Assembly (NCBI GenBank): GCA_965208675.1
Contig: OZ242351.1
Coordinates: forward strand, 3,808,001 to 3,872,000
DNA: 64,000 nucleotides
Direction: 5' to 3'
DNA from: Candidatus Poribacteria bacterium
GTDB taxonomy: Bacteria > Poribacteria > WGA-4E > PCPOR2b
The position numbers and the translations under genes were made by a program. Shown here piece after piece: positions 49,301-59,745 of the stretch; positions within the stretch are counted from its first letter, which is position 1, and every line of letters starts with the position of its first letter. The notes below the pieces were generated by a model. The model saw nothing but the letters and a program-made list of their open reading frames with translations, ran no database searches and had not been told where the DNA came from.

Positions 49301-52300
49301 TACCGCCGATAGCCGCGTGCTGATTGTCGAAAGCAAAGAGCCGTACAATCCCTTGCCCGGGTTTAGCATCCTGAGGTATTGGGATTTGAATTTCCCCAAA
49401 CTCACCCTGCCAGACTTGAATTCGACTACGTTGTCTTGGATTGTCGTTGGCGGTGTCAGCATCCAAATCATTTGCAAATAGCGCTAGTGCAGACATGGAG
49501 CCGGTATTGAAATCGGTTGCTGTGGTAAATTCAATTTTCCCGGTCGCCGTGGAAGATTGACGGCGGCCCACACGGTTGGGAAGAATCACTATTTTCTTGT
49601 CCGGATCAAGCGCAATTTCCTCCAATTCAACGGCAATCTCTAAATCCGGAACGGCAAGCCGTGTCGCCGGATCGCCAAAAAGGGTGTATTGTTCTGCCCC
49701 CGGGATCCAGAGTTCGAAAGATTTCATTATAAATTGTGTTTTCGCATCGGCAACAATTGCGCCAAGCGTCGGCGGTTTAATCTCGAACATTGAAGTGAAG
49801 AGATCTTTATCGAATACAGCATTGGCAGATCCATACGTCTGACGGGTGGCACTCAAGGTAGCAACCGCGCCGTACTTTCCCATCATGAATTGCTCGCTCA
49901 AGCTGCGATGCCCAAACGGCTCCGGTTTATCAAATTGACCGTTGAGACATGTCGTCGTCACGATGAATGGAAGACGCCGGTTTTGCAACTGCTGTGCATT
50001 CACAATTCGGAAAATTCCCTCATCCGCCCAAGTGTGAGCCCCACCATGCCCCGCATATTCGGCAATTAGCACGCCATCATCGAACGTATTGAGAATGGTG
50101 CGTTTCGTGACTTCCGGACTGACAATTTGTCCTAAATAGACCTTCCGTGTATCGAATGCAACGGGAATAGTCTCCTGAATAAGCTCTTCACGGCTACGCT
50201 CGAATATGTCATCCGTTGCATGATCAACATTATTATCAGCAATCTGCATCAGTCGTCCCTGCCAGGGTCCTGCTTCAAGTTTTTCTTCATAGTCAATAAT
50301 TTTTCTGATCATGGTACTCAACTCATGAGGACGCTGAACGGATAAACGCCCAATGAACATGTCGGGCAGCGTATCGTCACCACTGATTGTGACAAAACGG
50401 TGATCCATGGCGGTTTCTCCACTATGCGACGCCCATCCGTGAATTGTCGGCACAAAGATTGGGTAGAGATCGAAACTTCTCCCATCCAATTTTACCGCCT
50501 CGACCGTTGCGCTCTTGTGGTCCCAATGGGCGTCCCCAACCAAGAGTACATAGGTAGGCGCAGGTTTTTGCCAACTTGTGTAGGCGTACCGCAGGAATTT
50601 CTGAATTGCAAAGGGGTTGAAAATCCCGTTACTAAACTGGTCATAAACTGTCTCAACATCAACGACCATTAACGACAACCCTTGCGATTGGCGAAACTCA
50701 ACTAAAGGCTTGACGCTCTCAATAAAGTCTTTGTGTGATATGATGATATAATCGGCTTGATTAGCGGGATTTCTCAAGGAAGAGGGTTGGGCTGGCAGGA
50801 TTAGAGTTGGCCGCGAATAGCGGTTATTTTCAATTACAAAGTAACTAGACGGCTGGGTGAGGTTGTCTTCGAAAATCAATTCATGACTAGCGCCAATCTG
50901 ATCTACTTGTCCATTCACAAGCTTTGAGACGATGCTTCCGCCGATAATCTTGTACACGTCAACCGCTGAACGACGCAGATTCTTCACGCGGTATTGCACG
51001 GTTCCATGTACTCGCGGTACTGTGTCCGAATTGAACTCAAGTCTTCCTCCCGACGCCTCAAACGCATGCCAGTAGTCAAGTTCAAACCAGTCCAAGTAAA
51101 AATCATAATTATTTGTTCGGGGAGGTGTGGGTGGTTTGTCTTCAGCAATAATAGTTAGAAAATTGGGTGAATCTCGATGAATAAACTCGTGCTGCTTAAT
51201 GTCACGGACAATGACTGGAGCGGCTTGTTTTCTCCATTCAGCCACACGTCCTTGTTGTACATTGTTGAACATGATGCGAGCACGGTGTTCAGCGTTATTT
51301 TTACTTTCGCCGCCTTGTAGCCTAATGCGCAGTTCCGCATCCCGTTCAATGAGGCCGCGTGGAATTGCGCGAGGAACATCAATTCGGAAAGTTTTCTCTC
51401 TGAGATTTCTATTTTGACTCTCGTTAATCAACCCTTGCCAAAAATAGTGATCAGCAAACTCGGATTTAACCTCAATAAGCGCATCATGCAGGTAATCTTT
51501 TTCAAAATGTTCTGTCTTCTTGAATGCGATGGGTATGGGTGAATCCGTCGTTTTGGGAACTGCATCCTGTTCACTTACTCTCAAGCCGCCGGTGTTTCCC
51601 CAATAGAGCCAGTAGATGTTTTCATTCGTAAACTTATTGCCAATCAGTGCTTGTCCGTAAAAAACGATCGAATCACCTAAATCAAATTCCCCATTGTCGT
51701 CTTTGTCGAAAATATAGATACCAACTTGTCTTCCGCCATTCTCCATAGTAACTGTATTGAGATCGATTGATGCAGGGTTTACTCCAAATCGCTTGAGTGT
51801 ATTAAAAGTCACTTGGTAGAGGTCTGACCGAGTAATTGGGATTTTGTATCGCTGTTGATGACTACTTTGAGCTGCTGGGGCTGCCAATACACGTTGCTCT
51901 AAACTGTTGAAGTTCTGCCGCCATGCCTTTGCTTGGCTATAATTTAGCAAGTTTTTCTGAAAGAGCTGCTCAAATGGTTGGGAGGCAGAAGTGTTGAATT
52001 GATTCGCGGCGGGAGCCATTGGCGCAACCAGTGTACGGTGGGGGGAATGGAATTCAATCCGGACTTGTAGCTCGTTATGGATTTTGAGTTGCCCGTTAAC
52101 CGGATTATACTGAACTGGTTGAATCTGCAGTCGAGCAACGCGCTGCTCCCGGATAAATCCGAGTGGGACGACTTCGACGAGTTTGCCCGGATGAAAGGCG
52201 TTTCTTCGCTGATAAAAGCTAGTATCCATATCAATTGCCGATTTTTGATGGTTGAGCGCCGGTCGTTGGGCTGGGGCAATAAGCTTCGATTGGCGTATTT

Positions 52301-52676
52301 CGGATTGAGAACTCATAACACTTGCATAAGGCGAGCCGCCGTCAGGAATACCAATCAGTTGCATGTAGACGGGTAAACGGGGACGCCCAATATCCATGCT
52401 AAGCACGGCACCGTCAAAGGTGATTTCCGCAAAAGGGCGCCCTTTAACTTCCGTTTCATTAAATTGCAGGGGTGGCAGGTGGAATTTGAGGATTAGGCTG
52501 TCGGCGTTCGCATGAACGACTTTCAGCGGTGACGCCTCGACGCAAGGCGCCAGAATACGCAAATAAACAAGTGAAATCGTTAGGAGAAGCCAACTAGACG
52601 TAACAGCGCGGGTGGGGTTTGGTAGAATGGGGGTTGCCCTACAATACTCATCAGGAAAGTGGCGGGATTTCCGCAT
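46386..52676 (-). CDS. Gingipain-family C25 cysteine peptidase, PorU-like sortase, with propeptide and T9SS-like CTD (start may extend to 52736)
   Basis: G.PRLP propeptide; ADYIII, YVLLVGD, PD.FIGRL, catalytic YAGHG and TTC.NG.FD, YTLFGDPA; NAPNP...KIYT..G.LVR...G.YFYK tail. Confidence 0.85.
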   Translation of the reverse strand: MRKSRHFPDEYCRATPILPNPTRAVTSSWLLLTISLVYLRILAPCVEASPLKVVHANADSLILKFHLPPLQFNETEVKGRPFAEITFDGAVLSMDIGRPRLPVYMQLIGIPDGGSPYASVMSSQSEIRQSKLIAPAQRPALNHQKSAIDMDTSFYQRRNAFHPGKLVEVVPLGFIREQRVARLQIQPVQYNPVNGQLKIHNELQVRIEFHSPHRTLVAPMAPAANQFNTSASQPFEQLFQKNLLNYSQAKAWRQNFNSLEQRVLAAPAAQSSHQQRYKIPITRSDLYQVTFNTLKRFGVNPASIDLNTVTMENGGRQVGIYIFDKDDNGEFDLGDSIVFYGQALIGNKFTNENIYWLYWGNTGGLRVSEQDAVPKTTDSPIPIAFKKTEHFEKDYLHDALIEVKSEFADHYFWQGLINESQNRNLREKTFRIDVPRAIPRGLIERDAELRIRLQGGESKNNAEHRARIMFNNVQQGRVAEWRKQAAPVIVRDIKQHEFIHRDSPNFLTIIAEDKPPTPPRTNNYDFYLDWFELDYWHAFEASGGRLEFNSDTVPRVHGTVQYRVKNLRRSAVDVYKIIGGSIVSKLVNGQVDQIGASHELIFEDNLTQPSSYFVIENNRYSRPTLILPAQPSSLRNPANQADYIIISHKDFIESVKPLVEFRQSQGLSLMVVDVETVYDQFSNGIFNPFAIQKFLRYAYTSWQKPAPTYVLLVGDAHWDHKSATVEAVKLDGRSFDLYPIFVPTIHGWASHSGETAMDHRFVTISGDDTLPDMFIGRLSVQRPHELSTMIRKIIDYEEKLEAGPWQGRLMQIADNNVDHATDDIFERSREELIQETIPVAFDTRKVYLGQIVSPEVTKRTILNTFDDGVLIAEYAGHGGAHTWADEGIFRIVNAQQLQNRRLPFIVTTTCLNGQFDKPEPFGHRSLSEQFMMGKYGAVATLSATRQTYGSANAVFDKDLFTSMFEIKPPTLGAIVADAKTQFIMKSFELWIPGAEQYTLFGDPATRLAVPDLEIAVELEEIALDPDKKIVILPNRVGRRQSSTATGKIEFTTATDFNTGSMSALALFANDLDADTANDNPRQRSRIQVWQGEFGEIQIPIPQDAKPGQGIVRLFAFDNQHAAIGGTKFWMYQPIIQEVREIMDDKVTQTLNLSAQIVDNEGIAGIKSVKVIWSNTVDFKEQTAPMVPDPTPPESTVPGGVWYELQAPIPLPKRGKVVRYQIVVTDSTNNVIRSERASIKVPEGANIAIASMASKVTAIRYGFSKELKAFTLSADLVNNGGQPVDTDIEVWFTEGNPDWNNDHEIDADVKVFGHTIIRPELWKPGAIDLQEVTATLILEEPLSTGFHKVYVFADPEDEDDDHTDEIVGKLDEPRSFDNKGFNSFVVNEFSLKANETLTAFSLDRIFDAFFPIGASEPTTLSIDTVEPPVSFQSDLTLIQLPIPSAVTSQSQDVQTGARAYKIELHSDTNQLVKPAEIKLRFDLNTLGNHVQKKYNLAPDDDGFNRLLDREASGLAIYAWQDKIKAWERLPSEIPRDSDGGFIQERFVTPPVVENASVQQLRASDIRVDPNLTPEGKWVVFFLDADRYEVLLRRNGKSEIEKLGQTGHLDKSFRDEILGIEFNIPRGKTDALGRNQIFEFGDILTFETQTVEGVARFTSPRNANAGNGTAHVSVYGGPENLFEIGNWLLFFSNSRQFEIRNRFNELVRYPSGAPVRGAVNRPLILSELGIELLVNTGDKPYEYGDKIKFSTSTVGVISAEIKELTTVALILNADQTAPRLQLWVNGEIPKHESVISPRPEISLFLEDENGVDMDSFVFAVSKDFKTFKKIKDFNITSEGPVTTVGIYYKPILFIGRYLFRIWFNDLNGNELGGKGGLREFLFFVEEDPDLESPSIEILVNGAALTDGVVLREQPQFEVQIADDDKIDPGTVQLLFGEWESLPIPLAVESYDFEFDANQPAYARISFEPDLVNGDYQIQALAADESENAAASPSYRFRLDEPVEISDVLNAPNPVRTNTAFTYNLVQPPNQVTIKIYTVNGRLVRTLEEESPRRHYNETHWDVRDENGVRLANGTYFYKVIVDTDDRKIEKIGKLAILR

Positions 52677-52851
52677 TTCTCGATTTCCCCTTTTACACAT
52701 TTGATTTCGTATATGGTACATAAAATTCAATTTCAACCGAGATATGGCGGGAAATCTCGGCGCGGAATAAGGGGACAGCCAAGGCGGCAGGTGGTTTGCG
52801 TTGATGCGCAGCGCCTAAAATCTTAAGAACTGAAGCGCAATATAAGAACTT

Positions 52852-53121
52852 TTACACTATCGCTCGTGGTGGTGTAGTGATATTCTGGTAAAGGGTCAGA
52901 GTTTTCTCTTTGGATACGGTGCCGGACGGCAACTTTAGCACTTCATATAAAGACGGTTCCTTTTCGCCTATCCTAATCGAAAGAATATCGCCTACAACGA
53001 GAGTTTTTCCGGCTTTGGCTTTATGGCCATTCACACGAACCCGACCATGCTGACATAGTGTTGCCGCAACAGCACGGCGTTTAATGATGCGGCTCACCTG
53101 TAGAAACTTGTCTAGACGCAT
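52852..53121 (-). CDS. S4-domain RNA-binding protein (Hsp15/RqcP-YabO family)
   Basis: MRLDKFL.VSRIIKRR..A...C..GRV.VNG..AK. Confidence 0.9.
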   Translation of the reverse strand: MRLDKFLQVSRIIKRRAVAATLCQHGRVRVNGHKAKAGKTLVVGDILSIRIGEKEPSLYEVLKLPSGTVSKEKTLTLYQNITTPPRAIV

Positions 53122-55531
53122 CGGTATTCCTCAAAGCCAAATCTAGGGGTGCCGTTTGTTCATGCGCATCGGTGTGCTTCAAGGCAACATCTAATACTTC
53201 CATCATGCCGTCAACCTTGTAAAAATGGATGCTGTCCCTAATTTCATCGGGAATTTCAGGGAGATCTTTGTCATTATCTTCAGGGATAATGATACTAGTT
53301 ATGCTATTTCTGTGGGCTGCCAGAACTTTTTCCTTCAATCCCCCGATTGGCAGGACGCGTCCGCGCAACGTAATCTCACCGGTCATCGCAACATCTTTCC
53401 GCACCTCTTTACCGGTCAGTGCAGATATCATCGCAGTGGCAAGCGTAATTCCCGCCGAAGGCCCCTCTTTAGGAACTGCCCCTTCAGGAACGTGAATGTG
53501 GATGTCATTTTTCTCGAAATCAAAATCCGGAGGCACATCGAGCGATTCTGCGAACGATCGAATAAAAGCCAGCGCAGTTTGTGCTGACTCCCGCATAACG
53601 TCCCCAAGCTGACCCGTCAATGCCAATTCACCATCTCCGCGCATGGTAGTAACTTCAATGCCAATGATATCCCCGCCTACAGGTGTGTAGACCATCCCGG
53701 TTGCAACGCCAACTTCGTCGCGTTCTTCGGCTTTTCCACGCGTAAATTTTGGCGGCCCCAAATACTCGCTGAGATTATCAACTTCGATTTGGACATTCGC
53801 GTTCTTATTTCCATCTTTTACAATTTGCTTAGCAACTTTGCGGCAGATGCTCGTGATTTCCCGTTCCAAATTTCGAACACCAGCTTCGCGCGTATATTTA
53901 TTTATAGTGCCCAAAATGGATTTATCCGAGAATTGAATGGATTTCTCCTTCAGACCGTGGGCTTTGAGCTGTTTCGGAACGAGGAACAGATTGGCAATTT
54001 TGTGTTTTTCATATTCCGTGTATCCAGGTAACTCAATGATTTCCATACGGTCCTGCAACGGCGCTGGAATGGTCACTCGTGTGTTAGCCGTCGTGATAAA
54101 CATCACATCGGATAGGTCGAATTTAACATCAAGATAGTGATCACGAAAGGTATCGTTCTGTTCAGGGTCAAATACTTCCAAAAGTGCAGAAGCCGGATCG
54201 CCGCGAAAGTCCATGCTCATTTTGTCGATTTCATCCAAAAGAAAAAGCGGATTTCTTGATTTGGCATCCCGCAGACCTTGAACAACTCTACCGGGTAAAG
54301 CGCCGATATATGTCCGGCGGTGTCCACGAATTTCGGCTTCGTCACGTACCCCGCCTAAGGACATACGGATAAAATTCCGGTCTGTCGCGCGGGCGATTGA
54401 TTTTCCTAACGACGTTTTGCCAACACCGGGCGGTCCGACAAAACAGAGGATTGGTCCTTTGAGTTTATCCACTAATTTGAGAACAGCGAGATATTCAAGG
54501 ATTCGTTCTTTGGGTTTTTGGAGGCCGTAATGATCTTCTTCCAATATCTGCTCTGCTTCATCAATACCGATTTTTCCTTCGGTTCGTATACTCCAAGGCA
54601 TTGCCAGAAGCCAGTCGATATAAGTTCGGATGACACCAGCTTCGGCGGACATCGGCGGCACCTGTTGAAGCCGATCGACCTCCTTCATTGCTTTCTCCTC
54701 GGCCTCTTCGTTCATGCCAGCTTCCTTTATCTGTTCGCGCAGTTCTTCGATTTCAGCAAGATCGTCTCCGCCTCTGCCAAGTTCTTTTTGGATAGCCTTC
54801 ATTTTCTCGTGGAGGTAGAACTCACGATGGGTTTTTTCAACCGATTTTCGCACTTGATGATTGAGTTTTTCTTCCAGTTCAATTAAATCTAATTCTTCGT
54901 CAAGAAGTTCGATGACCACCTGCAAGCGTTTAATTGGATTAGTCTCGTCCAAGATTCGTTGTAATTTCTCTGACTCCACGTTGGTGCTAACGTACATAGC
55001 AATTGAATCTGCAAGATTTCCAGGTTCCTCTTCTTTTCGAATTACAATCAAAGATTCAGATGAGATTTGCTGCCGGTTTGCCTTGATGTATTTTTCGAAC
55101 GTCTTTATCGCTATTTGCATCAGCGATTTTGCCTCTTTCGACTTATCCGACGCCTCAGGTATAATTTTGACTTCCGCCTGGAGAAATCCATCATTTTCAA
55201 AGCACTTAAGAACAATTGCCCGACACTCTCCGACGATGGTAAGCCGAATTGTTCCATCTTGGGGGTCGTATGATTCAGCGATGCTTACAACAGTTCCGAC
55301 GCGATAAAAATCTTCTGGCTGAGGTTCTTCTTTTTCCTTGTCCTTCTGATTGAGTAAAAGTACCAACGAACCTGTATGCAAAGCATAGGTTGCGGCCAAG
55401 ACTCCCATTTTTCGAATCACAACGAGCGGTTGCTTATGTCGTGGAAAAATGACACCTTTACCGGGTAAAGGAATTACCGGTAGGATTCCTCCATCATCAA
55501 TCTGACGGTTTGCGCTTGGATTCGGATCCAT
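53081..55531 (-). CDS. lon: Lon protease
   Basis: GPPGVGKTS, RGHRRTYIGA, LLDEIDK, PKEGPSAG, IGGLKEK. Confidence 0.97.
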   Translation of the reverse strand: MDPNPSANRQIDDGGILPVIPLPGKGVIFPRHKQPLVVIRKMGVLAATYALHTGSLVLLLNQKDKEKEEPQPEDFYRVGTVVSIAESYDPQDGTIRLTIVGECRAIVLKCFENDGFLQAEVKIIPEASDKSKEAKSLMQIAIKTFEKYIKANRQQISSESLIVIRKEEEPGNLADSIAMYVSTNVESEKLQRILDETNPIKRLQVVIELLDEELDLIELEEKLNHQVRKSVEKTHREFYLHEKMKAIQKELGRGGDDLAEIEELREQIKEAGMNEEAEEKAMKEVDRLQQVPPMSAEAGVIRTYIDWLLAMPWSIRTEGKIGIDEAEQILEEDHYGLQKPKERILEYLAVLKLVDKLKGPILCFVGPPGVGKTSLGKSIARATDRNFIRMSLGGVRDEAEIRGHRRTYIGALPGRVVQGLRDAKSRNPLFLLDEIDKMSMDFRGDPASALLEVFDPEQNDTFRDHYLDVKFDLSDVMFITTANTRVTIPAPLQDRMEIIELPGYTEYEKHKIANLFLVPKQLKAHGLKEKSIQFSDKSILGTINKYTREAGVRNLEREITSICRKVAKQIVKDGNKNANVQIEVDNLSEYLGPPKFTRGKAEERDEVGVATGMVYTPVGGDIIGIEVTTMRGDGELALTGQLGDVMRESAQTALAFIRSFAESLDVPPDFDFEKNDIHIHVPEGAVPKEGPSAGITLATAMISALTGKEVRKDVAMTGEITLRGRVLPIGGLKEKVLAAHRNSITSIIIPEDNDKDLPEIPDEIRDSIHFYKVDGMMEVLDVALKHTDAHEQTAPLDLALRNTDASRQVSTGEPHH

Positions 55532-55570
55532 ACTTTATGATTCCTTGTCAATTATAAATTGTTCGTTGCA

Positions 55571-56839
55571 TTATGCAGTCAAAGCCTTCCGCTCATCCTC
55601 ATAAACTAACAAAGGCGGTTCGCCCTTCAAGACAGAATCTGCTGTGATAATACATTCTCGAACACCTTTCAGGGCTGGAATTTCATACATCGTATCTAAC
55701 ATAATATTTTCCATTATTGCCCTCAATCCCCTTGCGCCCGTCTCCCGCTTAATTACCTCTTGAGCGATGGCGGCAAGCCCTTCCTCGGTTACCTGAAGGT
55801 TTACGTCTTCATAGCTAAATAGATGACTGTACTGTTTTACGACGGCATTTTGGGGTTCAGTTAATATTTGAATCAATGCAGTTTCGTCTAACTCGTGAAG
55901 TGTTGCAGTTATGGGTAGGCGCCCGATGAACTCTGGAATAAAACCAAATTTTATCAGATCCTTGGAGTTCGCTTGCTCAAGCAGTACATGAATTTTGCAA
56001 TCGTTCTTCGCTTGGACTTCTGACCCAAAGCCCATCATTTGCTTACCGATACGCTCTTGGACTATTTTGTCGAGTCCAATGAACGTGCCGCCGCATATAA
56101 ATAGGATTTTCGAAGTATCCACTTCAATATATTCTTGGTGCGGATGTTTTCGCCCTCCTTGTGGCGGCACATTTGCTGTTTTGCCTTCCAAGATTTTCAA
56201 TAATGCTTGTTGGACTCCTTCGCCTGAAACATCTCGCGTAATGGAAGGATTTTCAAATTTTCGACTTATCTTATCAATCTCGTCGATGTAAATTATTCCA
56301 GTTTCTGCTCGCTCAACATCGCCGTCGGATGCCTGAAGCAGTTTCAAGACAATGTTCTCAACATCCTCTCCGACGTAACCCGCCTCGGTCAAGGTTGTTG
56401 CGTCAGTAATGGCGAAAGGCACATTCAAAATTCGAGCTAACGTTCGGGCTAGGAGAGTCTTCCCCGTTCCAGTAGGCCCCATCAGTAAAATATTGCTTTT
56501 GTCTAAATCGACGCCAACTGGATTTTTTTCAAATTTCAATCTTTTGTAGTGATTATAAACAGCAACAGCTAAGATTTTTTTTGCCGTTTCTTGACCGATT
56601 ACATATTCGTCAAGTTTTGATTTAATTTCAGACGGGTGAGGGAGAGAAAATCCATCGGAAAGCGCTGAAAATTCATCCGTATGTTCTTCTTCACCGTCAT
56701 CTCTGATAATATCATGACATACCTCGACACATTCGTCACAAATGTATACTGTGTTTAAGCCTACAATCAGCCGCCTTACCTCATCTTTACTTTTGTTGCA
56801 AAAAGAACACCGTAAATTGTCTTCACGATTACCGGACAT
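55571..56839 (-). CDS. clpX: ATP-dependent Clp protease ATP-binding subunit
   Basis: CSFC zinc finger, [30 protein letters not shown]. Confidence 0.97.
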   Translation of the reverse strand: MSGNREDNLRCSFCNKSKDEVRRLIVGLNTVYICDECVEVCHDIIRDDGEEEHTDEFSALSDGFSLPHPSEIKSKLDEYVIGQETAKKILAVAVYNHYKRLKFEKNPVGVDLDKSNILLMGPTGTGKTLLARTLARILNVPFAITDATTLTEAGYVGEDVENIVLKLLQASDGDVERAETGIIYIDEIDKISRKFENPSITRDVSGEGVQQALLKILEGKTANVPPQGGRKHPHQEYIEVDTSKILFICGGTFIGLDKIVQERIGKQMMGFGSEVQAKNDCKIHVLLEQANSKDLIKFGFIPEFIGRLPITATLHELDETALIQILTEPQNAVVKQYSHLFSYEDVNLQVTEEGLAAIAQEVIKRETGARGLRAIMENIMLDTMYEIPALKGVRECIITADSVLKGEPPLLVYEDERKALTA

Positions 56840-57081
56840 AAGTTTCTCCAAGAGGTGGTAACTTGTACAAAAGGGGACGACTCACGTCAAACATTAAAAA
56901 TAGGAGAGGTTTGGTGCGGTTGAGCGGGTAAGTTTCCTGCCCAACCTACAGAAATTGTACCAGGCGGAGACCCCAATCCTTCACTGACATAGCACACGTT
57001 TTTAACATGAGTCAAGAAATTATAGAAAACAACTTCAGTAACCAACAGAGTCAGGTCAAGCAGCGAAACCGCTGTCACATC

Positions 57082-57696
57082 TCACTCTTCACCTTTCTGT
57101 GCCTCAGGTATTCGGCGAGAAACGACGTTGTCTACGATACCGTATTTTAACGCATATTCGGCGGTCATGAAAAAATCACGGTCCGCATCTGCTTGAATCT
57201 TGTCGTCGGATTGCCCCGTATGTTCCGCTAAAATAGCGTACAACTCTTTCCGAATGCGCAGTATTTCTTTCGCGTGAATATCAATATCGGAAGCCTGTCC
57301 ACCGACGCCGCTTATAATGGGTTGGTGAATTAAAACTGTGGAATGAGGAAGCGCATACCGTTTACCTGCCGCACCGCCAGCTAGGAGAATAGCTCCCATG
57401 CTGTAGGCTTGACCCACGCACCATGTCTGAATATCAGGTTTGATATATTGCATGGTGTCGTAAATAGCTAATCCCGATGAAACAGAGCCCCCAATCGTGT
57501 TCACATAAAGTACGATGTCCGCATCCGGATTGTCACTCTCCAAAAATAGCATCTGGGCAATGATGCTATTTGCAACGGCGTCATCAATCGCCGATCCAAC
57601 CATTATAATGCGGTCTTTAAGCAACCGTGAGTAAATATCATAGGATCGTTCACCACGACTGGTTTGTTCCACCACAATCGGGACAAGGTTCATCAA
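57082..57696 (-). CDS. clpP: Clp protease proteolytic subunit
   Basis: [28 protein letters not shown]. Confidence 0.97.
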   Translation of the reverse strand: MMNLVPIVVEQTSRGERSYDIYSRLLKDRIIMVGSAIDDAVANSIIAQMLFLESDNPDADIVLYVNTIGGSVSSGLAIYDTMQYIKPDIQTWCVGQAYSMGAILLAGGAAGKRYALPHSTVLIHQPIISGVGGQASDIDIHAKEILRIRKELYAILAEHTGQSDDKIQADADRDFFMTAEYALKYGIVDNVVSRRIPEAQKGEE

Positions 57697-57738
57697 AACT
57701 CCCCATAATACAGGATACGGAATAGCACTCGAATAATA

Positions 57739-59046
57739 CTATGAAGGGATAATCAAGGACTGCTTCTCGGCAGCCTTCTGAATAAGGAATGTATATATTT
57801 TTTCATTCCGGAGATGTTCTCTGAATTCTTCCAATCGATTGCTCGCCTTCAGCAAGCTAGCGTATTTTTGAGGGTCGCGGTTTTGGCTTTCCGCAATACG
57901 CCGTATTTCTATGTCTAATTCATCGTCCGTCACACTGATATTTTCTTCTTCAGCAATAGTGTCAAAAATCCACGCCTGTTTTATTTGCCGAATCGCATCC
58001 GCACGAAGCTCCGATGGCAGTTTTTCCAAATCTACGCCCGCCTGCTCTGGTGTTTTACCTTGAGTTTCCAATTGCCCTTGAATGTTCTGTGTCATCTGCT
58101 GTACGTGCCGATCGATTAATGATTCAGGGGGATTAATCTCAGTTTTCTCAATTAACTGCTGAAGCACCTCCTCCCGTTGGCTTTGGTTTATTATACCTTT
58201 CTGTTCTTCTACAAGGTTGTTCCATATCGCGCCATAGAGTTGGTCATAATTTTCATACTCCAAATCTTTCGCGAATTCGTCATCAAGCGCGGGAAGCTGC
58301 TTTTCTGTAAGTGCATGCAACGTCAAATGAAACACGGCTCGTTTGCCAGCGAGTTCCGAATTTGCCGCAGTTTGCTCAAAGTCAACCTCGATTTTCTTGG
58401 AACTTCCAATAGACATTCCGATGAGTGCTTCTTCTATTTTCGGCAGGAGGGTTCCCTGTCCAATTTCAACATCCACATCTTGCTTGCTACCATCTTTAAT
58501 AAGTTGATTGTCAACAAAACATTCCCAGTCAATCCTGACAGAATCCCCTTGCTGCGCGGGCCGATTTTCCTCTAGCGGCACAAAGGTAGCGTGCTGCGCT
58601 TGTAATGTTTGGATATACTCCTCAACTTCATCTCGCGGGACATTCGCGGGAGTTTTATCTATCGCTAACTCTTCGTATTTAGGAAGGGCGAGATCGGGTT
58701 GAATTTCAATCGTGGCTTCAAAAACAATCGGCTTACCCTCCTCAATCTCTATTTGATCTAGCGGCGGGGAAATTTCGGGGTTGTTAAGAGGGATAAGCTT
58801 CTCAGAGTCTAACGCATGTTCGTAGGCGGGCGGGACAAGATTTTGAAGGGATTCAGATTTTATATATTCGGCAAAACGCGCTTTTAGGATGCTAGAGGGT
58901 ACCCTTCCTTTCCGAAAACCGGGAACAGAAACTCTCGTCCGTAACGCTCGATAAGTGCGCTCAAGTTCTTCATTGACCTCTTCAGCGGAAATTTCTATCC
59001 GCAGGCACATTTGATTATTTCCCAGCTTTTCTGCGGCAACCTTCAA
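57739..59046 (-). CDS. tig: Trigger factor
   Basis: PGFRKGRVP, LDDEFAK; located upstream of clpPX. Confidence 0.95.
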   Translation of the reverse strand: MKVAAEKLGNNQMCLRIEISAEEVNEELERTYRALRTRVSVPGFRKGRVPSSILKARFAEYIKSESLQNLVPPAYEHALDSEKLIPLNNPEISPPLDQIEIEEGKPIVFEATIEIQPDLALPKYEELAIDKTPANVPRDEVEEYIQTLQAQHATFVPLEENRPAQQGDSVRIDWECFVDNQLIKDGSKQDVDVEIGQGTLLPKIEEALIGMSIGSSKKIEVDFEQTAANSELAGKRAVFHLTLHALTEKQLPALDDEFAKDLEYENYDQLYGAIWNNLVEEQKGIINQSQREEVLQQLIEKTEINPPESLIDRHVQQMTQNIQGQLETQGKTPEQAGVDLEKLPSELRADAIRQIKQAWIFDTIAEEENISVTDDELDIEIRRIAESQNRDPQKYASLLKASNRLEEFREHLRNEKIYTFLIQKAAEKQSLIIPS

Positions 59047-59083
59047 CTAAATCTCCAGCCTATATCCTTAAAGATGTGAGCGA

Positions 59084-59167
59084 TGGGCGAGGAGGGACTC
59101 GAACCCTCACGGGAAAAATCCCAATAGATCCTAAGTCTATCTTGTCTGCCAATTTCAACACCCGCCC
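59084..59167 (-). tRNA. tRNA-Leu(TAG)
   Basis: Cloverleaf with long variable arm, anticodon loop CTTAGGA, GGTTCGAGTCC. Confidence 0.95.
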
Positions 59168-59174
59168 ATACTCG

Positions 59175-59250
59175 TGGTGCGCCGTGAAGGAATCGAACCT
59201 TCAACCGCCTGATTAAGAGTCAGATGCTCTGCCAATTGAGCTAACGGCGC
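59175..59250 (-). tRNA. tRNA-Lys(CTT)
   Basis: Anticodon loop CTCTTAA, encoded CCA. Confidence 0.95.
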
Positions 59251-59261
59251 AAAGACGACAA

Positions 59262-59336
59262 TGCGCCCAGAGGGACTCGAACCCCCAACCTATAGATCCG
59301 AAGTCTATCGCTCTATCCAAATTGAACTACGGACGC
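59262..59336 (-). tRNA. tRNA-Arg(TCG)
   Basis: Anticodon loop CTTCGGA. Confidence 0.93.
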
Positions 59337-59396
59337 TTTTCACTAAATTGAAAATCAGCAGACTGCGTTCTATTTTCAATTTTCAAAAGAAAAAAT

Positions 59397-59473
59397 TGGG
59401 GTGGATGATGGGATTTGAACCCACGACCACTTGATCCACAGTCAAGTGCTCTACCGACTGAGCTACATCCACC
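59397..59473 (-). tRNA. tRNA-His(GTG)
   Basis: G-1, anticodon loop CTGTGGA, CCA. Confidence 0.95.
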
Positions 59474-59480
59474 ATCATCA

Positions 59481-59557
59481 TGGCACGCCCGGCAGGATTC
59501 GAACCCGCGACCTACTGATTAGAAGTCAGTTGCTCTATCCAACTGAGCTACGGGCGC
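59481..59557 (-). tRNA. tRNA-Arg(TCT)
   Basis: Anticodon loop CTTCTAA, CCA. Confidence 0.95.
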
Positions 59558-59670
59558 AAAAACGTTAACACTATAGATGGGTAGGTTTGAGCACGCTTTT
59601 CAAACGTGTTTGCCGTTAAGCGCACCAGCCCGAAAATTCAAATGCCCCGCATTTATTTTCGATTTATTAA

Positions 59671-59745
59671 TCGGGGCGAGAGGATTTGAACCTCCGACCT
59701 TCTGCTCCCAAAGCAGACGCGCTTGCCGGGCTGCGCTACGCCCCG
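59671..59745 (-). tRNA. tRNA-Pro(TGG)
   Basis: CGGGGCGTAGCGCAGC start, anticodon loop TTTGGGA. Confidence 0.95.

Noticed and set aside
53081-53121. 41-bp lon / S4-gene overlap as a special feature
   Set aside because: Short overlaps involving a non-conserved C-terminal tail are common
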